The notes: generated from the letters alone by a model not told the origin. A DNA stretch of 33,266 nt from Nitrospirales bacterium (GCA_036170875.1 JAVHQA010000190.1:1-33266), one strand, 5' to 3'. Positions 9,748 through 20,053 are shown, counted from the stretch's first letter. A program made the numbers and translations.

Positions 9748-10584
9748 TCACCCCAAGATCATGTCGATGACTCGTTCCAGGTCGGCGGGAGAATAATAAT
9801 CGACGACGATTTTCCCTCCCGTCTTGCCGTGGATCAGCCGCACCTTCGTGCCCAGCCGCCGCGACATCCGCTCCTCGATCTCGCTGGGCCGGTGGCCTTT
9901 GCGGGCACTGTTCGAACGGCCAGCGCGAGGGGCGGGCCGGACCAGGCGCTCGAGGTCCCGCACCGACAGCCGTTCCGTCACGGCCCGGCGCCCCAGACGA
10001 ACCTGCTGCTCTGGATCCGAAACGGCCAGCAGCACCTTGGCGTGGCCCCATGACAGCTGATCGCTTTCGACCCATGACTGCACGTCAGGCTGAAGCGCCA
10101 GCAGCCGCACGGTATTCGCGATCGAGGACCGCTCCTTTCCCAGCGTCCGCGAAACCGCCTCCTGCGTAAGCCCGAATTCCTTCATGAGACGCTGATAGGC
10201 CCGTGCGGCTTCCATCGGGTTCAGGTCCTTGCGCTGAAGGTTCTCGATCAGCGCCATCTCCATGGCCTCGGCGTCGGTGGCCGGGCGGATGATGGCCGGA
10301 ATTTTTTTGAGGCCGGCGATCTTGGCCGCGCGCCAGCGCCGCTCGCCGGCGATCAACTCGAACCCGCCGTCTCCGAGCTTTCGCACCAGGATCGGCTGCA
10401 GGACTCCCTTCGTCTTGACCGAGTTGGCCAGCTCTTCCAGTTCAGCCTCATCGAAGACGCGGCGCGGCTGGAACGGATTGGGCGAGACCAGGGACAGCGG
10501 CACGTCCTCGATCTCATCCCTCCCTGCGGCATTGCCGACGGGGATCAGGGTCTGCAGTCCTCTACCGAGTGCCTTTTTTTGCAT
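9748..10584 (-). CDS. parB: Chromosome partitioning protein ParB (CTP-dependent clamp)
   Basis: N-terminal KKALGRGLQTLIP and the GERRWRAA (GERRxRA) box. 278 aa. Confidence 0.97.
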   Translation of the reverse strand: MQKKALGRGLQTLIPVGNAAGRDEIEDVPLSLVSPNPFQPRRVFDEAELEELANSVKTKGVLQPILVRKLGDGGFELIAGERRWRAAKIAGLKKIPAIIRPATDAEAMEMALIENLQRKDLNPMEAARAYQRLMKEFGLTQEAVSRTLGKERSSIANTVRLLALQPDVQSWVESDQLSWGHAKVLLAVSDPEQQVRLGRRAVTERLSVRDLERLVRPAPRAGRSNSARKGHRPSEIEERMSRRLGTKVRLIHGKTGGKIVVDYYSPADLERVIDMILG

Positions 10585-11338
10585 GTGCCAGAACTTCCTT
10601 GGCCAGGCTCAGGTATGCCTGCGCCCCGGTCGAAGCGACGTCGTACATGAGCACGGGGGCCCCATGGCTCGGAGCCTCCGCCAGTCTGATGTTGCGCGGG
10701 ATCACGGCCTTGAACACCTTGCCGGGAAAATGTTTGTGGATCTCCTCCGCCACCTGCTTGTGGAGGTTGTTCCGCCCGTCGAACAGCGTCAGGAGGATCC
10801 CTTCGACGGCCAGCGATGGATTCAAGGACTTGCGAACCATCTCAACGGTCTGCATCAATCGCCCCAGCCCCTCCATCGCGTAAAACTCGCACTGCACGGG
10901 AACCAGCAGCGCGTCAGCCGCCGCGAGGGCGTTCACCGTCAGCAACCCCAACGCCGGGGGACAATCCACCAGCACGAAGTCATATTGCCCGGCGACGTCC
11001 TCCAGAACACGCCGCAGGACCAGTTCCCGATTCTCCAGCCCGGCCAGTTCGATCTCCGCCGCGGCGAGATCAGGCTCGGACGGCACCACTGAAAGCCTGG
11101 AAATGGCCGATCTCACGACAACTTCCGAGATCTTGCGCCCCCGGATCAGGGCATCATAGGTCGAAAGCTTGATCCCGTCCCGATCAACCCCAACCCCGCT
11201 GGTGGCATTGGCCTGCGGGTCCAGGTCCACCAACAAGACCATCCGTTCCGCCACCGCCAGAGAGGCCGCCAGGTTGATGGCGGTTGTGGTCTTGCCGACC
11301 CCCCCTTTTTGATTGGCGATGGCTAGAACTCGCCCCAT
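10562..11338 (-). CDS. parA: Chromosome partitioning ATPase ParA/Soj
   Basis: Deviant Walker A in IANQKGGVGKTTT. 23-nt overlap with parB. Confidence 0.97.
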   Translation of the reverse strand: MGRVLAIANQKGGVGKTTTAINLAASLAVAERMVLLVDLDPQANATSGVGVDRDGIKLSTYDALIRGRKISEVVVRSAISRLSVVPSEPDLAAAEIELAGLENRELVLRRVLEDVAGQYDFVLVDCPPALGLLTVNALAAADALLVPVQCEFYAMEGLGRLMQTVEMVRKSLNPSLAVEGILLTLFDGRNNLHKQVAEEIHKHFPGKVFKAVIPRNIRLAEAPSHGAPVLMYDVASTGAQAYLSLAKEVLAHAKKGTR

Positions 11339-11368
11339 GGATCAGCTTGGAACCTCCGAAAGGGGATC

Positions 11369-11397
11369 ATGCTAGCAAGTGAGCCCTAACGTGTCAA
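11369..11397 (-). promoter_or_regulatory. Candidate parA promoter TTGACA-N17-TAGCAT
   Basis: -35 at 11392-11397 and -10 at 11369-11374 on the minus strand. A parS site sits 17 bp upstream of the -35 element. Confidence 0.4.
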
Positions 11398-11414
11398 CGG
11401 AAGCGCGGTTTCAT

Positions 11415-11430
11415 TGTTCCACGTGGAACA
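11415..11430. promoter_or_regulatory. parS: parS centromere site TGTTCCACGTGGAACA (perfect 16-bp palindrome)
   Basis: Matches the parS consensus TGTTNCACGTGNAACA. Located in the rsmG-parA intergenic region. Confidence 0.85.
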
Positions 11431-11442
11431 TTATTGTGACTA

Positions 11443-11554
11443 GGGCTGGCGCGGGGGGCCTCTCGATCGCGGCCGTGGAGGAGCGCCCTTTCCGCCATTG
11501 TCCATCATCCGAGGGCGCGCCGATCGGGAGCGGGAGAGGCCCCCGCGACAGGCC
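11443..11554. repeat. Copy A of a conserved structured intergenic element (second copy at 20054-20176)
   Basis: The two copies share GGGCTGGnGCGGGG, CGCGGCCGTGGAGGAGCG (18/18 identical), TTTCCG, GGGAGCGGGAG and CCCCGCGACrGGCC. Outer stem is GCGGGGGGCCTCT (11451-11463) paired with AGAGGCCCCCGC (11535-11546). Inner stem is GCGCCCT/AGGGCGC. Confidence 0.6.
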
Positions 11555-11571
11555 GATCGTCTGTGAAGGCG

Positions 11572-12261
11572 TCAGCTTGGCGACGATATTGGTATTAAGA
11601 GGCTGAGAGTGCGGGGGTCGTTGGTGAAGGGGAGCGTAAAGGAGGTTTCGCGGAGCAGCCGGTATCCCGACGGGACATCGCTCATCGGGCTGGCCCGGAA
11701 GAGCAGGACTTGGCCGCCAGGGGCCAGGAGCCTTGGGGCCTCCGCGAGGATGAGCTCGGGCCGGACGGCCCGGCTCGTGATGAGGTCGAAGGGCCCCGCC
11801 TGGCCAGGCTTGAGGTCCTCGACCCGCGCAATCAGGACCGTGGCCCCAGAGACTCCCAGGAGGCCAATAATATGATGGAGAAAGGCCGCTTTCTTCTGGG
11901 ACGGTTCGAGCAGGGTCACGGCCAGGTCCGGGTCCTGGAGCTTCAGCACCAGTCCGGGAAACCCGGCGCCGGTGCCGACATCGAGCACCCGGAGGCCCGG
12001 TCCAGGCCGGATAAGCCCAGGGGCCGGCTTGATGAGCGTGAAGGCGGCCAGGGAGTCCAGAAAGTCTTTGTTAATGATGTCGGCCTGGGTCGCGTGCCCC
12101 GTGAGGTTGACCTTGGTATTCCAGCGGGTCAGCTCCTGCAGGTACAGGACCAGCCTGGCGACGGTGTGGGGGGAGAGTGGAACACCCAGGCGCAGGCCGC
12201 CTTCCATGAGGGCCGCAGCCGGCGAGGCCGGATCAGGGATAGCGGGGGAGCTAGGCGACAT
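11572..12261 (-). CDS. rsmG: 16S rRNA (guanine527-N7)-methyltransferase
   Basis: SAM-binding motif VLDVGTGAGFPG. Conserved position after mnmG. Confidence 0.92.
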   Translation of the reverse strand: MSPSSPAIPDPASPAAALMEGGLRLGVPLSPHTVARLVLYLQELTRWNTKVNLTGHATQADIINKDFLDSLAAFTLIKPAPGLIRPGPGLRVLDVGTGAGFPGLVLKLQDPDLAVTLLEPSQKKAAFLHHIIGLLGVSGATVLIARVEDLKPGQAGPFDLITSRAVRPELILAEAPRLLAPGGQVLLFRASPMSDVPSGYRLLRETSFTLPFTNDPRTLSLLIPISSPS

Positions 12262-12276
12262 GTTCCACGTGGAACA
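12261..12276. promoter_or_regulatory. parS: Second parS site TGTTCCACGTGGAACA, identical to the first
   Basis: It lies in the 18-bp mnmG-rsmG spacer and extends 1 nt into the rsmG start codon. Confidence 0.85.
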
Positions 12277-12279
12277 ATA

Positions 12280-14156
<1,877 letters not shown>

Positions 14157-14160
<4 letters not shown>

Positions 14161-15539
14161 TTGCCGATGCAGAATTCCTTGAAGATGCGGTCGAGGATGT
14201 CGTCTGTCGTCGTCTCACCAATGATCTCGCCGAGCGCGTTGACAGCCCCGCGCAGATCCACCGCAACGAACTCGGCTGCCATGCCGCGCTCGATTGAGAG
14301 CAGCACCTGCTCGAGCGAAGCCTGTGCCCGCTCGAGCGCGCCGCGATGTCGCAAGTGGGTGATCAGCACGCCTTCGCTCGGCTCAAGCCCTTGCTTGAGC
14401 ACAGCATCGCGCATCGCATCACGTAATTCTTCCAGGCCGGCGCCGGCGGCCGCCGAGGTCCAGACAATGCGGTTCTCTTCCGTGAGTCCCTTGAGGTGCG
14501 GCGCTTCCAGACGGGGAGGGAGGTCCGACTTGTTGACGACGAGAATCGCCGCCTTCCCCCGCGCCAGATCCAAGAGCCGCCGGTCCTCATCGCCAAGCGG
14601 CTCGCTCCCGTCAAGCACCGCCAGCACCAGATCAGCGCGCGCCAGTGCGTCATGCGAGCGGCGCACGCCCTCGCGTTCCACCACGTCCACGGTCTCCCGC
14701 AGGCCCGCCGTGTCCAGTAGGCACACGGGAATGCCCCGCACGTTGACGAACTCCTCCAGCACGTCGCGCGTCGTGCCGGGAATCGGGGTCACGATTGCCC
14801 GGTCCGCCTTCACCAGCGCATTCATGAGACTGGACTTGCCCACATTGGGACGCCCGACCAGCACCGCCGTGACGCCTTCCCGGACGATGCGCCCTTCCTC
14901 CGCCGTGCGGATGAGTTGCGCGATCCGATCGCGCACCACGGTGACGCCATTGGCGAGGCCCTGCGCGGAAATGAACGTGATGTCTTCGTCCGAGAAGTCG
15001 ATCCCGGCTTCAACTTCGACCAGCAGACGCACCAAGCCTTCGCGCAGACGCCCGAGTTCCTCCGACAGGGCGCCGCGGAGCTGCTCCAGGGCGACCCGCA
15101 GGCCGGCCTCGGTGCGGGCCGAAATCAGGTCCATGACCGCCTCGGCCTGCGCGAGATCGAGTCGGCCGTTTAGGAAGGCGCGCTTCGAGAATTCCCCAGG
15201 CTCGGCAAGCCGCGCGCCGCTCAGGAGGAGGGCCTGCATCCCCAGCCGCAGGATGAGCGGCCCGCCGTGGCAATGGAATTCGACGATGTCCTCGCAAGTA
15301 TAGCTGCGGGGCGCCTTCATGACCGCAACCAGGACTTCGTCGATGCGCGTGCCATCGGGCGCGCGCAGCTCGCCGTGGTGCAAGGTGTGCGTTGGGTAGT
15401 CACGGACGGTCCGGCCGCCGGCGCCGGCAAAGACCCGCGAGGCGATGTCTATGGCATGTTCTCCGGAAACCCGGATGATGCCGATGCCGCCCTCACCGGG
15501 CGGTGTGGCAATGGCGCAGATCGTGTCGCCGGCATTCAT
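14157..15539 (-). CDS. mnmE: tRNA modification GTPase MnmE (TrmE)
   Basis: G1 motif GRPNVGKSS and C-terminal CIGK. 4-nt overlap with mnmG. Confidence 0.97.
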
Positions 15540-15545
15540 GGGCGT

Positions 15546-17240
15546 TCATTTGGCCGCCGTCGCCGTCGCCGCAATCCGTGTCTTCGGCAGGAGGTACCGG
15601 TCCGTGACGACCTGCTGGGTGATGGTGAGAACGTTGTTCGTCAGCCAGTACAGCACGAGCCCGGCCGGGAACGTGACGAACAGGAACGTGAGGAAGACGG
15701 GCAGCAGCAGCATGATTTGCGCCTGCTTCGGATCCATCGTGGTCGGCTGGATCTTTTGCTGGATGAACATCGTGACGCCCATCAGGATCGGCAGGACATA
15801 GTAGGGATCCTGCACCGACAGGTCCTTCACCCACAGCATGAACGGCGCCTGTCGCAGCTCGATGGTCATGTACAGGATGTTGAAGAGCGCGACAAAAATA
15901 GGGATCTGGAAAAACATCGGCAGGCAGCCCCCGACCGGGTTCACCTTTTTGTCTTTGTAGAGTTTGATCAGTTCCTTGTTGAGCCGCTCGCGATCGTCGG
16001 CGTACTTCTTCTGCAGGGCCATCAACTCCGGCTGTACGGCCGCCATGTCCTTCATGGATTTGTAGCTCTTGTAGGCGAGGGGCGCCAGCAGGAGCTTGAT
16101 CCCAATGGTGACGATGATGATGGCCACGCCGTAATTGTGGGTGAGATCATGGAGGTGCCGGATGGCGTAGAACACCGGCTTGGCCACCGCCCGTACAAAC
16201 GACCAGCTCCCGTAGATGAACCAGCCGAAGTCGATCGTCTCCTCCAGCTCGATCTTGAGCGCCGCCAGCGTGTCGTATTCCTTGGGGCCGACGAAGAGCC
16301 GGTAGCGGCTTATCACGGTCCCCGGCGCGGCAGGCGTGCGCAGACCGACCGAGACCAGCCGCTCGCCTTCCTTGCGGACGACGCCGATATGGGGCACGGC
16401 ATCGGTGGGGATGGCGGCGGCCAGAAAATATTTGTCCTGCATGGCGGCCCATTTCATTGCGCCTGGTCGCAGGTCTTCTTTCTCGGGCGTCGCCTTGTCG
16501 AGCTTGCCGGCGATGTGCGTGGCCGGCCCGATAAAACCAACGAATCCTTCCTGCCACTCATGGATACCAAAGTTTGTGCCCAGGGAGAGGGTCGTCGAAC
16601 TGCTCACGCCGGACGTCTCGACAACCAGATCCACGAGGTAGCTGCCGTGGTGAAACGTGAGGCGCTTCGCGACTTGCGCGCCGGTCTCCGGGTCCACGTA
16701 GGAGAAGCCGATCTCGCCGGCGGGCTGTCCCTCGCTGAGACTGAGGTCCTTTCCCGAGACCGCATATAAACCCTTCGCCATCCGCTCCTGCAGCCTGGCA
16801 TCAAGGACCTCCACGGTCAGCGGCGGGATGAGCGTGACCACTTTTTCATCGGCGCGCACGAGTTGGATGGGCTGGGGCTGCTTGGGGTCCGTGTTCAGAT
16901 AGCGCTTGAGCTCCCAGTGCTTGATCACCCCACCGCGGTTCGAGAGGATGACCTTCACGAGGTCGGTCTCGACCGTCACCTCCTGTTCGCGTTCGGCAAC
17001 CAGCCCCTGGGCAGGAATCGTCGCACTCGCCTTGGCGGGAGGCGGAACCAGCGTGGCAGTCTGGGCCGGCTGTGGCAGCGCCGGCGCGGGTGCCGCCTTG
17101 TCGATATCATTTTTCTTGGCAACAGGCACAGACGATGCCGTCACCGGCCGCTTCGCGACGCCCATCTTCTCCAGGAGATAGGGATAGAGCACGATGACCG
17201 CCATCGAGAGGACCAGGAAGAGGATGATGCGCTTTTCCAT
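15546..17240 (-). CDS. yidC: Membrane protein insertase YidC
   Basis: 564 aa with a large periplasmic domain and a C-terminal 60-kDa insertase core (PILMGVTMFIQQK). Confidence 0.95.
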   Translation of the reverse strand: MEKRIILFLVLSMAVIVLYPYLLEKMGVAKRPVTASSVPVAKKNDIDKAAPAPALPQPAQTATLVPPPAKASATIPAQGLVAEREQEVTVETDLVKVILSNRGGVIKHWELKRYLNTDPKQPQPIQLVRADEKVVTLIPPLTVEVLDARLQERMAKGLYAVSGKDLSLSEGQPAGEIGFSYVDPETGAQVAKRLTFHHGSYLVDLVVETSGVSSSTTLSLGTNFGIHEWQEGFVGFIGPATHIAGKLDKATPEKEDLRPGAMKWAAMQDKYFLAAAIPTDAVPHIGVVRKEGERLVSVGLRTPAAPGTVISRYRLFVGPKEYDTLAALKIELEETIDFGWFIYGSWSFVRAVAKPVFYAIRHLHDLTHNYGVAIIIVTIGIKLLLAPLAYKSYKSMKDMAAVQPELMALQKKYADDRERLNKELIKLYKDKKVNPVGGCLPMFFQIPIFVALFNILYMTIELRQAPFMLWVKDLSVQDPYYVLPILMGVTMFIQQKIQPTTMDPKQAQIMLLLPVFLTFLFVTFPAGLVLYWLTNNVLTITQQVVTDRYLLPKTRIAATATAAK

Positions 17241-17252
17241 TCTATGCGCTCG

Positions 17253-17471
17253 TCAGCGAACCGGCCGCACCGGATCGTAGCCGCCGCGATGAAACGGATG
17301 GCACTTCAGCACGCGTCGCACCGACATCCCCATTCCTCGCAGAAGACCATGGCGCTCCAGCGCCTCGCGCGCGTAGGCCGAGCAGGTCGGCACAAAGCCG
17401 CAGCACGGCGGGCCCATCGGCGAGACCCATCGCTGGTAAAAGGCGACCGCTGCGACAACAATTCGGGTCAT
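17253..17471 (-). CDS. yidD: Membrane protein insertion efficiency factor YidD
   Basis: FYQRWVSP...CGFVPTCSAYAREAL...RVLKCHPFHRGGYDPV. Confidence 0.92.
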   Translation of the reverse strand: MTRIVVAAVAFYQRWVSPMGPPCCGFVPTCSAYAREALERHGLLRGMGMSVRRVLKCHPFHRGGYDPVRPVR

Positions 17472-17836
17472 CGTGAATTCTCTGACGCGACCAACTGCGC
17501 CCGCTTCAGGACGGCTTGCCAGATTTCACGCAAGCTGCCGGCGGGCTCGACCACGGATTCTCGCTTCGGCAAAATCAGCAGGTCCAGCCCGCACGGGACT
17601 CCCCGCAGACTCAGCCGGCCAAGTTCGCGGAACCGTCGCTTGGCGCGGTTGCGCGCCACCGCCTCTCCGAGCTTCTTCCCCACCACCACGCCGACCCGCG
17701 TGCGGTCCAGATCATTCCGGCGGTAAAGGAGGGTAAACAGCGGGCACGAAACCCGCTTCCCTTCCTTGAAGACCAGCCGGATAGCGGCGCTGTTGCGAAG
17801 GAGGTGCTGTGCGCGAGTGGAGCGGGGAGGGACCAC
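17468..17836 (-). CDS. rnpA: RNase P protein component
   Basis: Basic 122-aa protein lying between rpmH and yidD, with an ATGA overlap with yidD. Confidence 0.85.
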   Translation of the reverse strand: MVPPRSTRAQHLLRNSAAIRLVFKEGKRVSCPLFTLLYRRNDLDRTRVGVVVGKKLGEAVARNRAKRRFRELGRLSLRGVPCGLDLLILPKRESVVEPAGSLREIWQAVLKRAQLVASENSR

Positions 17837-17845
17837 CGATCCGGA

Positions 17846-17983
17846 TCAGACGGTCAGCTTGTGCCGTCCCTTTGCTCTGCGGCGCGCCAACGTCCGTCGG
17901 CCGCCTTTTGATTTCATCCGTTCGAGAAACCCGTGGGTGCGTTTCCGCGCCTTGTTCGAGGGTTGCCGCATTGTGGCGGACAT
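17846..17983 (-). CDS. rpmH: 50S ribosomal protein L34. It falls below the size cut-off of the supplied ORF track.
   Basis: Hand translation gives [52 protein letters not shown] 6 nt upstream. Confidence 0.9.
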   Translation of the reverse strand: MSATMRQPSNKARKRTHGFLERMKSKGGRRTLARRRAKGRHKLTV

Positions 17984-18024
17984 GTATAGCCTCCGTTTTC
18001 TGTCAGTGCGTGAATCGAATGGCC

Positions 18025-18053
18025 ATTATAAGGACAGGGTCGCTCGGAGTCAA
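18025..18053 (-). promoter_or_regulatory. Consensus sigma70 promoter TTGACT-N17-TATAAT for rpmH-rnpA-yidDC
   Basis: -35 at 18048-18053, -10 at 18025-18030 on the minus strand, with an exact 17-nt spacer. Confidence 0.6.
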
Positions 18054-18120
18054 TGCGCCCGCTCGCTTTCGTCAGGCTCGCTACTGGAACAGGCCGGATC
18101 GAGCTTCTCCGCCGCTTTGG

Positions 18121-18651
18121 TCAGGCGGTCACGTAGGGGGCGAGCACCCGGCGCTGGGCATCCGTCAGAGCCTGGAATTCGACGCCCAGGACGAGCCGGG
18201 GGTTGTCCTCGATGATCCGGCGGACCACCCCGCACAGTTCCACTTTCGTCTTCTCCTTCTTGCTCAGAAGGATCGTCACGGTCAGGGCTTCGCCCTCGGC
18301 GATGTTCTTGATAGGGTCCGTTTGGATGCGCATGCCGCTCGCGGAGATGTCGAGCACGTCGGCGAACTGGTCTACCTTCCGGGAGTCCGAGATACGCTTG
18401 AAGCTGCAGATGAGATCTATCGTCTTGCGCAGTGCGCGGGGTTGGCTGAGGACGGCCCGGCATGTGTTCCCGCAGGCGCAGGCGTATTGGAAAGGATCGT
18501 CTGCGTCCAACGCGAAATCGGACAGATGCAACTCCTTGGTGGCGCCGCAGCGATCGCACTTGACCAGAAAGGTTTTACTTTGAGAATCGTCCGTTGGGAG
18601 TGGGTTCTCATCCATGGCGCACCTCTTGAAAACGCGCTCGAATCGTTTCAA
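18121..18651 (-). CDS. PilZ-domain protein with an N-terminal Cys-rich (zinc-ribbon-like) segment. The start may instead be 18615.
   Basis: DISASG matches the PilZ D/NxSxxG motif. The upstream motif is RALRK (RxxR-K) rather than the canonical RxxxR. CDRCG...CACG lies at the N-terminus. An alternative ATG at 18615 would overlap the DUF1499 stop in ATGGATGA. Confidence 0.65.
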   Translation of the reverse strand: MKRFERVFKRCAMDENPLPTDDSQSKTFLVKCDRCGATKELHLSDFALDADDPFQYACACGNTCRAVLSQPRALRKTIDLICSFKRISDSRKVDQFADVLDISASGMRIQTDPIKNIAEGEALTVTILLSKKEKTKVELCGVVRRIIEDNPRLVLGVEFQALTDAQRRVLAPYVTA

Positions 18652-18976
18652 CCCGCTTGCGGTTCACGCCCAGATCCGAGTGCCCCATGCGCGAGGCCGA
18701 GCGGATGTGGATCAACCTGGCCTGCGCCTCGAACAGGAACTCCACATCGTCCACAAATCGAAAGACGCGGCTGCGAAACTCGATGTGCCAGTACGTGCCC
18801 TCTTCGACGACGAAAGTGGCGTGTCCGGCCGCCAGCACGGCTTGTCGGAGCCGGGCCTTGGCCTGGTCGAGATCGCCGGTCCAGCCCAGCGGCGGCACGC
18901 GATGATTCGTATCCTCTTCCGCCAGCGACGAGACACAGTTGGGAGAGGAGGGGCACGGCTTCAGCGCGCGCGGCAT
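18608..18976 (-). CDS. DUF1499 family protein (start trimmed to Met71 of the 192-aa ORF)
   Basis: PCPSSPNCVSS and FVDDVEF...IRSASRMGHSDLGVNRKRVE are DUF1499 hallmarks. The longer ORF would run antisense into the divergent plus-strand gene. Confidence 0.65.
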   Translation of the reverse strand: MPRALKPCPSSPNCVSSLAEEDTNHRVPPLGWTGDLDQAKARLRQAVLAAGHATFVVEEGTYWHIEFRSRVFRFVDDVEFLFEAQARLIHIRSASRMGHSDLGVNRKRVETIRARFQEVRHG

Positions 18977-19117
18977 GACACCAACATTACACGAGAAATC
19001 CGCCGCTTGCCAGCCCCGATGATAGGATCGCGTGATTCTCCTGCCGTAATTGTTTATAATGGGGGCCGTCCGAACCGTTGGGCTCCACCATTGAACAGCC
19101 AAGCAGGAGACGCATAG

Positions 19118-19588
19118 ATGACCTTTCAAGAATTTCTCAAGCAGGTGTCGCTCTTCAAGGATCTCAGCGACGAGGAGATTGACCACATTGCCCCCCTCTG
19201 CCGCCTGGTGGAGGGAAAAGCCGATGACCGCCTCATCAAGGAGGGCCTGCCCGTCAAGTCCGTCTTCTTTCTCCTCTCAGGACAGGCCATCGTCACCAAA
19301 GGCGTGGAGGAGTCGAAGCAGTCGGTGATCGGGGACGTCAAGAAAGGGACCATCATCGGGGAGCTCTCCTTGTACGACAATACCGTCGCATCGGCGACCG
19401 TGCGGGCGACCGAGCCGTTCAAGGCGTTGGCGATCGACGGCATGAAATTCTCCCAGGTGTTGGAAGCCCATCCGATCCTCGGCTATAAGATCTTCAAAAA
19501 GCTGGCCCAGGCCACCAGCCGCCGCCTGAAGTCGGTGTCCGGTGAACACGCGGAATGTCTGTCTTTCCCGGACGAGCCTGCCCAATAA
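19118..19588 (+). CDS. Stand-alone cyclic-nucleotide-binding-domain protein with no output domain
   Basis: FKDLSDEEI...GELSLYDNTVASATVRA has the layout of a CAP/PKA-type cNMP-binding fold. AGGAGA SD 7 nt upstream. Confidence 0.8.
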   Translation: MTFQEFLKQVSLFKDLSDEEIDHIAPLCRLVEGKADDRLIKEGLPVKSVFFLLSGQAIVTKGVEESKQSVIGDVKKGTIIGELSLYDNTVASATVRATEPFKALAIDGMKFSQVLEAHPILGYKIFKKLAQATSRRLKSVSGEHAECLSFPDEPAQ

Positions 19589-19591
19589 CAA

Positions 19592-19619
19592 GGCCCCTGA
19601 GTCCTGCGACCCAGGGGCC
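19592..19619 (-). terminator. Intrinsic terminator hairpin downstream of ssrA, shared with the convergent cNMP-domain gene
   Basis: Minus strand reads GGCCCCTGGGTC-GCAG-GACTCAGGGGCC: a 12-bp stem with one G-U pair and a tetraloop, followed by TTGTTATT. Confidence 0.6.
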
Positions 19620-19624
19620 GTTGA

Positions 19625-19966
19625 TGGTGGAGGCGAGGGGAGTTGAACCCCTGTCCGAAGACCGTCAGCGAAGGGCTTCTACATGCTTAGCCGGCGATTT
19701 GGGGTTTCGCTTCCGTCCACGCCCTCCGGCAGGCTTAGAACGGTCGCTAGCCCAGTGCATCTCGCCTGCCGCCGCTGAGCACCAGCGTCAGGCCAGCCCG
19801 CAATCGTCGCCTCTTCCCCCGCGCGGGCGTCAGGAGAGAAACGTCACCGCATTAAGCGGCGAGTGCCAGTTCTTGGTTGGCTGTTGTTGTTTCCGGACTT
19901 TTACGAGTTCCCGGAGCTCGGCATGCCACCCTGGCGTCATGATCCCCGTCGAAGCCGGTCGCCCCC
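19625..19966 (-). ncRNA. ssrA: tmRNA (SsrA), 342 nt, with encoded CCA
   Basis: 5' GGGGGCG pairs with CGCCTCC-ACCA at the 3' end, including the G3-U pair. T-arm is GGGGTTCAACTCCCC. The GCATGCCGAG...CTCGTAAAAG region aligns with E. coli tmRNA. The tag frame GCC AAC CAA GAA CTG GCA CTC GCC GCT TAA (19852-19881) encodes ANQELALAA. Confidence 0.95.
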
Positions 19967-19988
19967 TTTCGTTGATTTCGCTTTTATT

Positions 19989-20017
19989 AAGGTAACACCC
20001 ATTCCCCCGACATTCAA
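19989..20017 (-). promoter_or_regulatory. Candidate ssrA promoter TTGAAT-N17-TACCTT
   Basis: -35 at 20012-20017 and -10 at 19989-19994 on the minus strand. This would leave a short leader for RNase P to remove. Confidence 0.3.
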
Positions 20018-20053
20018 GGCGGGCTCTCTTGCGGGTGGCAGCGATCCAGGCAC

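Noticed and set aside
18977-19186. The N-terminal 70 aa of the 192-aa DUF1499 ORF
   Set aside because: The extension would overlap the divergent cNMP-domain gene and its promoter. Family-like sequence begins only at Met71 (MPRALKPCPSSPNCVSS). The SD at Met71 is weak, so the start remains uncertain.
19589-19624. A possible genomic island integrated at the tmRNA 3' end
   Set aside because: No integrase is present, and no direct repeat of the tmRNA 3' end was seen anywhere between 17984 and 19625. The neighbouring genes have host-like GC content.
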